DNA from: Okamejei kenojei | Taxonomy: Eukaryota | DNA length: 64,000 bases | Assembly (NCBI GenBank): GCA_035221665.1 | Contig: CM069139.1 | Coordinates: forward strand, 61,566,001 to 61,630,000 | Direction of reading: 5' to 3' | Shown: in pieces, positions 28,333 to 39,110 of the stretch | Position numbering within the stretch: the stretch's first letter is position 1 | Layout: each line of letters opens with the position of its first letter | Notes under the pieces: model-generated | What the model was told of the DNA's origin: nothing | The model's input: the letters and a program-made list of their open reading frames with translations, nothing else | Database searches by the model: none | Position numbers and translations under genes: made by a program

Positions 28333-28640
28333 AGGGCCTGTCCCACAGGCTATTTTTTAGGCGACTACAGGCGACTAGGCTGTCGCCACATGGACGCTGG
28401 GCTGTCACCTGTATGCTCGTCAGTAGTCTCCTCAGTCGCCCAGTCGTAACGTCTTTCTGGTCGCCGCTAGATTTTCAACATGTTGAAAAATGTTTGGAGA
28501 CAGTCGGCGACAGTGGGTTTGACGCCAATGAGCGTAGCTTGACTTCTCCTGACGTAGGTGCTGTCGTAGTTGTCGCCAGGTTAACGTAGGCTATCGCCAG
28601 GTGACATAGGTTGTCGCCGGTGCTGACTGTTTTTTTTTTG
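28333..28640. mobile_element. Partial Harbinger-like MITE
   Basis: Begins taa-agggcctgtcccac and has repeated gtcgcc/ggcgac subterminal motifs. No right TIR seen. Confidence 0.6.
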
Positions 28641-29114
28641 TCATCGAGGGCTTGCATACTTTATAAATACCACCTTGAATAGAGACATGAAATCCTAGCC
28701 TTGAGCATCATTGCTTCACCAGTATTGCATGCGAGGGATAATGGAGAGTGTGTTCATGAAATGGGGCACTGCTCAACATGCTTATTTTTCTAATCCAATG
28801 TCACAACATCAATAGGTGTCTTTATGGCTAAGTCTGGAAGGTTGAAGATGAAGCTCACAGGTTGTAAACTACCAGAGGACAGAGGCAGGAGCATCTCAGT
28901 ATACAAGCCAATCATACAAGCAGATTGGCTCTATTCTGCAAGACCTACACTGGTTACACTACATACAATTGCTGGAAAGAGGAAAAATAAAAACTGCTAA
29001 TTGCATATGGCAATGCATCTGGGTTTTGGTCTTTCACATAATGTTAAAAATGTAAATGTTATATTTTAACATTAGATAAACATTATTTTTTACACCACAA
29101 TTTATTATTGTACA

Positions 29115-29640
29115 GTTTTGGTCACAGATGTCTTTTAAATGTTTCGATAGTACCTTTCTTAATTACCTCCTTTGGCAACTTTCCATATATCCACCAGCCT
29201 CTGACTGAACAAATTGCCCCGCTGGTTCTTATTAAATCTTTCCCCTCTCACCTCAAACCTACATCCCCTGGTTCTTGATTCTCCTACTCTAGGCAAAAGA
29301 TTCATTGCACTTACCTAGTCTATTCACACCATGATCTCAAACACCTATATAAGATCACCTTTCATCCTACTGTACTCCATACTGTAAAGGAGAAAGTCCC
29401 AGCCTGCCCAACCTCTCTCACCCTCATGGCAATAACCTTGTATATATTCTTTGGACTCTTGTCAACATCTTTTCTGTAGAAGGGCGACCAAAACTGAACA
29501 TAAAATATTTACGAGGTTGTTGCCATGAGGGCGTGAGCTGTAGAGAGAGGTTGGGCAGGCTAGGACTTTCTTCTTTAGAGTACAGTAGGATGAAAAGTGA
29601 TCTTATAAAGGTGTTTGAAATCATAAGGTGTATTGGTGAA
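29115..29640. mobile_element. CR1 3' fragments in opposite orientations
   Basis: About 29115-29505 is CR1 on the minus strand. About 29510-29640 is the overlapping CR1 segment on the plus strand. Confidence 0.7.
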
Positions 29641-29869
29641 CATAGAATAGTCCAAATAAATAGAATAAAAAGTTAGTAATGTCTAGACACTGAACAATGG
29701 AAGTTCCGGATGGTTGTTACAAGACTTGCCTGTACGATGGAAAGAAGGGGGATGGAGCAGGAAACTGGCTTTTGCATTCAGATGTCTGTTAAGTTCCATG
29801 TGAACCTCAGTGGTGACAGATTGCTGACCAGAAATGTATGCCATTATTGTTGCATTAGCAGCACCATAT

Positions 29870-29922
29870 TCCTCCTCCTCCTCCTCCTCCTCCTCCTCCT
29901 CCTCCTCCTCCTCCTCCTCCTC
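29870..29922. repeat. (CCT)n microsatellite
   Basis: Pure cct tract of about 17 units. Confidence 0.97.
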
Positions 29923-32839
29923 ATAGTCACTCTCTATTCTGCTTATGTATGGTACACAAAGTAATTTTTGCAGATCCAATTGTGGGTTGCCTCTGGGTGC
30001 TCTGGTTTCCTCCCACATCCCAAAGGATAGGTGGGTGCATAGACTAATTGGTCTCTGTACAATTGTAGGGAGTAAATGTGAAAGTATGGTTACATAAAAC
30101 TAGTGTGACGGGTGATCAATGGTTGGCATGGAGTTGATGGGCCTGTTTCCATGTTGTAGATAAGATGATAAGGTCAGGGCCAATAGTGAACGGGGTGAGA
30201 GAGGAGGTGAATACCGAAGTCAAAGTGTTGTATATGATTGCGCGAAGTATAAGCAATAAAGTGAACAAGCTTGAGGCTCAGTTCGAAATTAGCAAGTATG
30301 ATGTTGTGGGAATTACAGATACATGGCTGCAAGAAGGCCAGGGCTGGGAACTGAATATGCAAGGGTATACATCCTTTCGAAAAGACAGACAGGTGGGCAG
30401 AGGGGGAGAGGTAGTTCTGTTGGTGACGAATGAAATTCAGTCCCATGCAAGGGGTGACATTGAAACAGAAGATGTGGAGTCAGTATGGATAGAACTAAGG
30501 AATTGTAAGGGTAAAAAGACCCTAACAGGATTTATCTACAGGCCCCCAAATAGTAGCCTGGATATAGGGTGCAAGTTGAATTAGAAGTTAAAATTGGCAC
30601 GTCATAAAGGTAATGCTACGGTTGTTATGGGAGATTTCAACATGCAAGTAGACTGGGAAAATCAGGTTGGTACTGGACCCTAAGAAAGGGAGTTTGTGGA
30701 GTGCCTCCGTGATGGATTCTTAGAGCAGCTTGTACTGGATTTAGTGTTGTGTAATGAACCGGATTTGATAAGGGAACTTGAGGTTAAGTAGCCATTAGGA
30801 GGTAGTGACCATTTTACTTCGGAGTCACGTGAGTGACTTCGTGAAGACCCCACCAGCACGCATGCGCGACATATCGTCGCTCGCATTTGCAGTCAACAGA
30901 GACTTGTTTGCTTACAGAAACGATGGACAGGAAGTCCAGAATGAAGGCATCGAAGCATGCCTCCAAGGACTGCGGGACTTCGGACAGGAGTCAGCGGCCG
31001 CAATCCCCGGAGCTGCTCCTCCACCGGCAGCACCCGCACCGCGGGCCTGGAAAAGAACGCGGAAGTCGGGGAGACCTGTTCAGTCGGCAGGACCCGACTG
31101 TCCACCACAGCAGGCCAGGGAGCTGCACATTGGTAGGAGGCCCGCGCGGGAGCAGGGTAGGCAAGACCCTGACTCCCTACCGCTTTCACCCGAACAACAC
31201 CGGGCCAGCGGGAAAAAGGTGCGTAAACCCGTGCCTCCTTCAACGGCACGTTCCATTTCCCCTCTATTACAGGTCACCAGAGGGCGGACCAGGGGAAAAA
31301 CCGCACCGAAGTCGAGTAGCCCCGCTGCAGCGGCCGGCACCGACTCACCACCGGCACAGTCCGCCAGATCGCGGGCCAGTGGTAGTACATAAAGGTCGTG
31401 TGGCCCCGCAGTAGCCGCTGGCAGCGACTTTGCGTCGCATCAGTCCCATATGACTGGGACTGGCGGCAACCCCGCGCGGATGTCGGGGAGCCCCGATGAG
31501 GCGGCTGGCACCGACTCACCACCGCTGCTGTCGTACCAGACAGGCGGACCGCTTCAGTCCGGAAGACTGAAGTCCGGAATAACTAGCGGCAAATCCGCGC
31601 GGGAGTCGTGTAACCCGCAGGAGCGGCAGGCAGCGACTACCTACCTAGGTTCCCGAGACATCACTTCGACGCAGATAGCCGCGGCGGTCGCATGGCTCGT
31701 ATGGAGCGTATGGTGGAGCAGCTGCTCAAACGGGACCTTCTCCAACAAGAGCGGGTGTCCCTAGGATCTAGGAGACACACAGCAGGACCACTAAGTATCT
31801 CTCCCTCGTCAATAGGGAGTGCCAGAAGTCAGCCATTAGCTGACTTTGAAGAGGGGTTGGCACAAGAACCGGTGTTGCCAGAGATGCCTGAAGAGGAACT
31901 ACTGGAGGTAGTATAAAAATTCGCCCAACCAGGACAATCTGGGCAACCTCTTCAGCCCAAACTAGCGGCCAGCATCAATTACTTAACCACACACCAGCTG
32001 CGGGAACAGGTGTTTACGGAGGCTATAAACAAGTACAAAGCTCCGGGTAATTGTGTCGCTCAATGTCCCGACCGTCAACACACCCATCTGGGGTAACATG
32101 AGTCCCGGGATCAGGGCCCATGAATTGAAAATTCAGAAAATCCTGAAATTGTTGACCTTTGCCAGGTCCATAGACGGGACGGACATGACGGAGGAGCAAC
32201 AGGATGCACTAGCGTTGCTGTGCAATACACAGTATGAAATCAACTGTTTTCGCAAGAAGAGCTACCAAAACATTATTCGAGAAACTAGGATTTGTCATCA
32301 ATCCAGACAAATCTAAGTTCAACCCTTCTGTGGTTATGGACTTTCTGGGATACACAATTAACACCAATCTTATGATTGTCACTATCCCAGGGGGCAAAGC
32401 AACAGACATAATAGAGGCATGTAACAGCCTTGCTTGCGCCAAGAAATCGACTATTAGACATGCTGCTGAGGTGATTGGGAAGCTTGTAGCTACATTTCCA
32501 GCTGCACAATTTGGCCAATTACACTATCAAAACTTGCAAAGAGCAAAAATCTCAGCATTAAAAGCAAATGCTGGACATTTTGACAGGCCTATGCAGCTGC
32601 CAAACAAGGCGCAAATTGAGCTACAATGGTGGATTAGCAATGTTTGTGATTGTTTTAATCCCATCATTATATCAAACCCATCAGTCGTGTTACAAACCAA
32701 CTTCCAGTTGTGGCGGCAGGTGGGATTTGCATGAGTCTACTCTTCTTCAATCACAAGGTATAAACTATTTGGAATGCTGGGAGCATTTCACGGGCTGCGG
32801 GCTTACTGCACTAATCTGCATCATACGCATGTCCGTCTT

Positions 32840-33261
32840 AACCATATATAACCATATAACAATTACAGCACGGAAACAGGCCCTCTCGGCCCTTCCAGTC
32901 CGTGACGGCCATTTGTTTTCCCCTAGTCCCATCTACCTGCACTCAGACCATTCCCCTCCATTCCCTTCCCGTCCATATACCTATCCACTTTACTTTTAAA
33001 TGTTAAAATCGATCCTGCCTCCACCACTTCTGCTGGAAGCTTATTCCACACAGCCACAACCCTCTGAGTAAAGAGGTTTCCCCTCACATTACCCCTAAAC
33101 TTCTGTCCCTTAATTCTCATGTCATGCCCTCTTGTTTGAATCTTCCCTACCCTCAATGGGAAAAGCTTATCCACGCCAACTCTGTCTATCCCTTTCATCA
33201 TTTTAAAGACCTCAATCAAGTCCCCCCTTAACCTTCTGCGCTCCAAAGAACAAAGACCTAA
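32840..33261 (-). mobile_element. Short young CR1 3' end inserted in the DIRS RNase H
   Basis: TSD CGTCTT at 32834-32839 and 33262-33267. Removing the insert restores CAT GTC CGT CTT CAA ATA GAT AAT (HVRLQIDN). Highly similar to 37436-37858. Confidence 0.93.
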
Positions 33262-33421
33262 CGTCTTCAAATAGATAATACCACTGTGGTCGCGTATTTA
33301 AACCATATGGGTGGTATCAAGTCAATATCTTGTGATGAATTAGCAAATTTAATTTGGCTCTGGTGTATTGAAATAAATATTTGGATATCAGCTACGTACC
33401 TTCCGGGTAAAGCTCAATACA

Positions 33422-33877
33422 GTGGCGGACACCAGGTCACGAGTATTTAATGACAACATCGAGTGGATGTTGAACCCCCAAATATTTGCTAAAATTATAG
33501 CCAAATATGGAACACCAGATATCAACCTCTTTGCGTCCAGGTTGAACCATCAGATACCAACATATGTCTTTTGGGAACCAGATCCTGGGGCAATGGCGAT
33601 GGACGCATTCTCGCTACATTGGGGGAAATGGTTTTTCTATGCATTTCCCCCATTCTGCCTCATCAGTTGGGTATTGCAGAAAATTCAACTAGATTCTGCA
33701 ACAGGTATACTGATAATACCTGACTGGCCCACACAATCATGGTACCCGGTGGTCCTCAACATGATAAAAGAAACATGGGCACAGGTTACCAAATGCCCGA
33801 ATTTGGTGACCAATCCCATAACAGGGGAAAATCATCCGTGCCATGGTCATCTGAACCTGTTGGCTTGCAGGTTCTGA
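33422..33877 (+). pseudogene. DIRS DAM-like methyltransferase domain (C-terminus of a broken pol ORF)
   Basis: EWML...INLFASRLN...DAFSLHW...YAFPPF...IIPDWPTQSWYP, typical of DIRS1 methyltransferase domains. Confidence 0.85.
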
Positions 33878-33915
33878 GGAGGCCACTACTGTAATTCGGG
33901 CTGTCATCAAGAACC

Positions 33916-34830
33916 ATGGACATCGTTACAGCATCGTGCAGAGAGTCCACAAGGAAACAGTACCTCACCCACATCAGGAAACGGGAGGCCTTCTGTAGTC
34001 GGACCAAGACCACCTACAACTCTGCTACGATCACCAATGTGCTGGAATTTCTCGCGGGCCTTCATTATGATGAGGGCCTCAGTTACAGTGCCATAAACAG
34101 TGCCAGGAGTGCGCTGTCATCCTATCTCAACATTGGAGTGGGATCTCACCAGCTGGTATCCAAACTAATGAGGGGTATATTCAATTCCAACCCTCTCCGA
34201 CCACGATATAATATTACCTGGGATTTTAGGGTGGTGTTGACCCTACTCAGGAGCCGTTCGCTTATGACGGGATTACCACTGGACAAACTCACCTTGAAAG
34301 TGGTGTTGTTAATGGCACTGACCACTGCACAACGGGTCCAGACTCTACAGAAACTAAAACTGGATAGAATGGTCTCGACTCCCAATAAAGTGACTTTCTT
34401 TATAGATGAGTTGCTTAAACACAGACCTGGGACTACAGGACGGAAATTGGAATTCCTAGCATATCCCGTTGATGTAAGACTCTGTATAGCCACCCATATC
34501 CGACATTATATTAATGTCACACACACCATCAGGAAAATGGAGACGAGTCTGTTTATCAGCCATAAGAACCCACATCACAGGGTGACGGTGCAGACTATCT
34601 CCAGGTGGCTCAGGGTGGTATTGGGTGCAGCAGGTATGGACACTAACATTTTTAAATCTCATTCCACCAGGGCTGCATCCACATCAGCGGCGAGAACCAT
34701 GGAGGTACCCATGGATCATGTCCTCGCAACAGCGGGCTGGGCCAGTGAAACTACATTTCAGCAGCTTTATAATAAGCCTGTGGCCGCTCCCGCAACGTTT
34801 GTGGAATCAGTTTTAAGTGCTGTTCCCTAA
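33916..34830 (+). CDS. DIRS tyrosine recombinase, open 304-aa frame
   Basis: Catalytic set R (TAQRV), HxxR (HSTR), W (AGW) and Y (LYNKP), preceded by an N-terminal core-binding domain. Confidence 0.9.
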   Translation: MDIVTASCRESTRKQYLTHIRKREAFCSRTKTTYNSATITNVLEFLAGLHYDEGLSYSAINSARSALSSYLNIGVGSHQLVSKLMRGIFNSNPLRPRYNITWDFRVVLTLLRSRSLMTGLPLDKLTLKVVLLMALTTAQRVQTLQKLKLDRMVSTPNKVTFFIDELLKHRPGTTGRKLEFLAYPVDVRLCIATHIRHYINVTHTIRKMETSLFISHKNPHHRVTVQTISRWLRVVLGAAGMDTNIFKSHSTRAASTSAARTMEVPMDHVLATAGWASETTFQQLYNKPVAAPATFVESVLSAVP

Positions 34831-35435
34831 ATGTTTATCCCCGAGTTAGGGGTTTATTGTTTGTATTAATAAATACGTTATTATTTTTCAGCTTGTTCAA
34901 GTCTGAAATACGTTAACTTACTTCCTCCATCAGTAATTAGGCAGTGTGAGCATGGACGTGGTCCAGGGCATGGAATCACAGAGCTTTGAAATCTTCACGA
35001 AGTCACTCACGTGACTCCGAAGTAAAATAGTAGGATTAAACGAGAACTTACCAGTTTGAAGTTTGATCCTTATTTTATGAGGCGTTACGATGAGGGATTT
35101 CGTGCCCTCCGCTCCCAACCCTCTATTATAAGGTCAACTGGTATATAGAGTCTCTTAAATCTTACTATCTTCAGTCATTGTTGTTATCTGTGATTTCACA
35201 CCGCTGCTTCCCTCATCGTAACTCCTCATAAAATAAGGATCAAACTTCAAACTGGTAAATTCTTGTTTAATCTTACTATTATATGTTAAGTTTTAATCTA
35301 CAATTTGAGAGGGATAAGGGTAAATCGGAGGTGTCAGTATTACAGTTGAACAAAGGGGACTATGGAGCCATGAGGGAGGAGCTGGCCAAAGTTGACTGGA
35401 AAGATACCCTAGCAGGGATGACAGTGGAACAACAA

Positions 35436-37858
35436 AGTGTTGTTTGGAGTTTGTAAAATGTGTGCAGGATAGTTTTTTGCAGCAGTACATAGAGGTATCG
35501 ACCAGAGAAGGGGCAGTGCTGGACCTCCTGTTAGGAAATGAGGCAGGTCAGGTGACGGAGGTATGCGTTGGTGAGCACTTCGGGACCAGTGATCACAATA
35601 CCATTAGTTTCAATATAATTATGGAGAGAGTCAGAACTGGACCTAGGGTGGAGATTTTTGATTGGAGAAAGGCTAACTTTGAGGGAATGCGTAAGGATTT
35701 TAAAGGAGTGAATTGGGACACTTTGTTTCATGGGAAGGATGTAGAAGAGAAATGGAGGACATTTAAAGGGGAAATTGTAAGAGTACAGAATCTTTATGTC
35801 CCTATTAGGTTGAAAGGAAATAGTAAAAATTGGAAAGAGCCATGGTTTTCAAGGGAAATTGGACACTTGTTTCGAAAAAAGAGAGATATCTACAATATTT
35901 ATAGGAGGCATGGAGTAAATGAGGTGCTAGAGGAGTATAAAGAATGTCAAAAGAATCTTAAGAAAGAAATTAGGAAGGCTAAAAGAAGATATGAGGTTGC
36001 TTTGGCAAGAAAGGTGAAAGTAAACCCAAAGGGTTTCTACAGCTATATTAATAGCAAAAGGATAACGAGGGATAAAATTGGACCATTAGAGAACCAGAAT
36101 GGACAGCTATCTGCAGAGCCAAAAGAGATGGGGGAGATATTGAACAATTTCTTTTCTTCGGTATTCACCAAGGAGAAGGATATTGAACTCTGTGAGTTAA
36201 GGGGAAAAAGTAGTAGCTATGGAAACTATGAGATTCAAAGAGGAGGAAGTACTGACACTTTTGAAAAATATAAAAGTGGATAAGTCTCCAGGTCCAGACA
36301 GGATATTCCCTAGGACATTGAGGGAAGTTAGTGTAGAAATAGCAGGAGCTATGACAGAAATATTTCAAATGTCATTAGAAACGGGAATAGTGCCGGAGGA
36401 TTGGCGTACTGCGCATGTTGTTCCATTGTTTAAAAAGGGTTCAAAGAATAAACCTAGCAATTATAGACCTATTAGTTTGACCTCAGTGGTGGGCAAATTA
36501 ATGGAAAGGATACTTAGAGATAATATATATAAGCATCTGGATAAACAGGGTCTGATCAGGAACAGTCAACATGGATTTGTGCCTGGAAGGTCATGTTTGA
36601 CAAACCTTCTTGAATTTTTTGAAGCGGTAACTAGGGAAATTGATGAGGGTAAAGCAGTGGATGTTGTCTATATGGATTTCAGTAAGGCCTTTGACAAGGT
36701 TCCCCATGGAAGGTTGGTTAAGAAGGTTCAATCTTTGGGTGTTAATGGCGGAGTAGCAAGATGGATTCAACAGTGGCTGAATGGGAGATGTCAGAGAGTA
36801 ATGGTGGATGGCTGTTTGTCAGGTTGGAAGCCAGTGACCAGTGGGGTGCCTCAGGGATCTGTGTTGGGTCCACTGTTGTTTGTCATGTACATCAATGATC
36901 TGGATGATGGGGTGGAAAATTGGATAAGTAAGTATGCAGATGATACTAAGATAGGTGGTGTTGTGGATAATGAAGTAGATTTTCAAAGTCTACAGAGAGA
37001 TTTGGGCCATTTGGAAAAGTGGGCTGAAAGATGGCAGATGGAGTTTAATGCTGATAAGTGTGAAGTGCTACATCTTGGCAGGACAAATCAAAATAGGACG
37101 TACATGGTAAATGGTAGGGAATTGAGGAATGCTGTGGAACAGAGGGATCTAGGAATAACTGTGCATAGTTCCCTGAAGGTGGAATCGCATGTAGATAGGG
37201 TGGTAAAGAAAGCCTTTGGTGTGCTGGCCTTTATAAATCAGAGCATTGAATATAGGAGTAGGGAAGTAATGTTAAAATTGTACAAGGCATTGGTAAGACC
37301 AATTCTGGAGTATGGTGTACAATTTTGGTCGCCTAGTTATAGGAAGGATGTCAACAAAATAGAGAGAGTACAGAGGAGATTTACTAGAATGTTGCCAGGG
37401 TTCCAGCAACTATGTTACAGAGAAAGGTTGAACAAGTTAGGTATTTATTCTTTGGAGCGCAGAAGGTTAAGGGGGGACTTGATTGAGGTCTTTAAAATGA
37501 TGAAAGGGATAGACAGAGTTGACGTGGATACGTTTTTCCCATTGAGGGTAGGGAAGATTCAAACAAGAGGACATGACATGAGAATTAAGGGACAGAGGTT
37601 TCGGGGTAACGTGAGGGGGAACTTCTTTACTCAGAGGGTGGTGGCTGTGTGGAATGAGCTTCCAGCAGAAGTGGTGGAGGCAGGATCGATTTTAACATTT
37701 AAGAGTAAAGTGGATAGGTATATGGACGTGAAGGGAATGGAGGGGTATGGTCTGAGTGCAGGTAGATGGGACTAGGGGAAAACAAATGGTCGGCACGGAC
37801 TGGAAGGGCCGAGAGGGCCTGTTTCCGTGCTGTAATTGTTATATGGTTATATGGTTAT
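35436..37858 (+). mobile_element. Young 5'-truncated CR1 LINE, ORF2 with a single frameshift
   Basis: ORFs 35444-36283 and 36219-37775 (518 aa, complete RT with YADD). Tail (ggttatat)n. TSD AACAA at 35431-35435 and 37859-37863. Confidence 0.95.
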
Positions 37859-38760
37859 AACAATGGCAGGTATTTCTGGGAATAATACAGAAGATGCAGG
37901 ATCAGTTCATTCGAAAGAGGAAGAAAGATTCCAACGGGAGTAAGGGGAGCTAGACGGAGCTCTTAAAGATAACGGAGTCAGGGGATATGGGGAGAAGGCA
38001 GGAACGGGGTACTGATTGTGGATGATCAGCCATGATCACATTGAATGGCGGTGCTGGCTCGAAGGGCCGAATGGCCTACTCCTGCACCTATTGTCTGTAC
38101 TAAATTGACCACAAACACCATCATGATAGCATAAATCAGTCTGACGAATGGTTCCTACCTGAAATGGCCATTCTCTTCACAGAGAGAATTCTCTACTTTC
38201 TCCATTCTCTACTTATTCTCATTTGTTTAATGGTGGTAGATGCATGGAACAAGCTGCCAGGGGAGGTAATTGAGGCAGGGATTATCCTTACATTTAAGAG
38301 GCAGTTAGACAAGCACATGGACAGGACAGGTTCGGAGAGATATGGACCAAATACTAGCAGGTGGAACTAATGTAGCTGGGACATGTTGGCTGGTGTGGGC
38401 ATTTTGGGCCGAAGGGCTTGTTTCCACACTGTATCACTCTAATCTTTGGAGAAAAGGAATAGGTGACGTTTCGGGTCGAGATCCTTCTCCAGAGATGTTG
38501 CCTGACCCGCTGAGTTACTGCAGCATTTTGTGTGTATGCCCGTTGATGATGGTGCTTGGCTTTCACCGGCACCAAGGGAGTTAACCGACAGCCACTGGAT
38601 AAGGCGAGAGGTGCAGCTGACTGTTCCCAGCCCTTCAGGGAACGGATTCCCCGGGAGTTGAAGCAGAGTTGAGCTAGAGTTAGTGCTTCTTCTCCACGCT
38701 GGCTGTAAGCCTGGGGCCGCCACTGCTCCCGACAGGTGTCCCGTCAGTCCAAGGTCACCC

Positions 38761-39110
38761 CAAACATCTCCGGCCGCCCCGGACAAGGATGGGACACTCT
38801 GGAGGGGACGGGGATGGAAGTGAGACTCCGCTCATAAATCTGCCTCCTGGGGTTATGCAGGAGGGGTGCATGGTTCGCCCTTGTATAATAACCCTGATTA
38901 ACTAAGGAGGGCAGCCTGAGTGTGAATGGAACCCATACACCCAGGCTGAAGGGGACCGGACCATGATACATTAGATTGTTACTGCTGAGATTGTCCTCTC
39001 ACACGCACCCCTCTCCTGCATTACCCCAGGAGGCAGATTTATGTGCGGAGCCTGACTTCCGTCCCCTCCAGAGTGTCCCATCCTTGTCCGGGGGCGGCCG
39101 GAGATGTCTG
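38761..39110. repeat. Foldback element with inverted arms of about 105 bp
   Basis: 38763-38870 is the reverse complement of about 39003-39107 (acatctccggccgccccggacaaggatgggacactctggaggggacgg...). Confidence 0.85.

Larger units (their letters stand above)
30811..35280 (+). mobile_element. DIRS1-type tyrosine-recombinase retrotransposon
   Basis: Gag-like remnants, partial RT (LGFVINPDKS...DFLGYTIN), RNase H (INYLE...QIDNTTVVAYLNHMGG), DAM-like methyltransferase and YR. Internal complementary region at 34992-35097. ATT at both junctions. Confidence 0.95.
30165..38097 (+). mobile_element. Host CR1 LINE (AP-endonuclease region plus 3' end), interrupted by DIRS and a younger CR1
   Basis: Endonuclease motifs (VVGITDTWL, IYRPPN, MGDFN, GSDH) to 30813. 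Resumes at 35281-35435 and 37864-37945, then jumps to a CR1 3' UTR ending near 38097. Confidence 0.88.

Noticed and set aside
29683-30018. ORFs with poly-Glu or poly-Leu tracts
   Set aside because: Translation of a (CCT)n microsatellite plus a SINE fragment.
33422-34830. Prophage or bacterial integrase plus DNA methylase (contamination or HGT)
   Set aside because: Both domains are standard DIRS1 components, here with RT, RNase H and an ICR, nested in vertebrate CR1.
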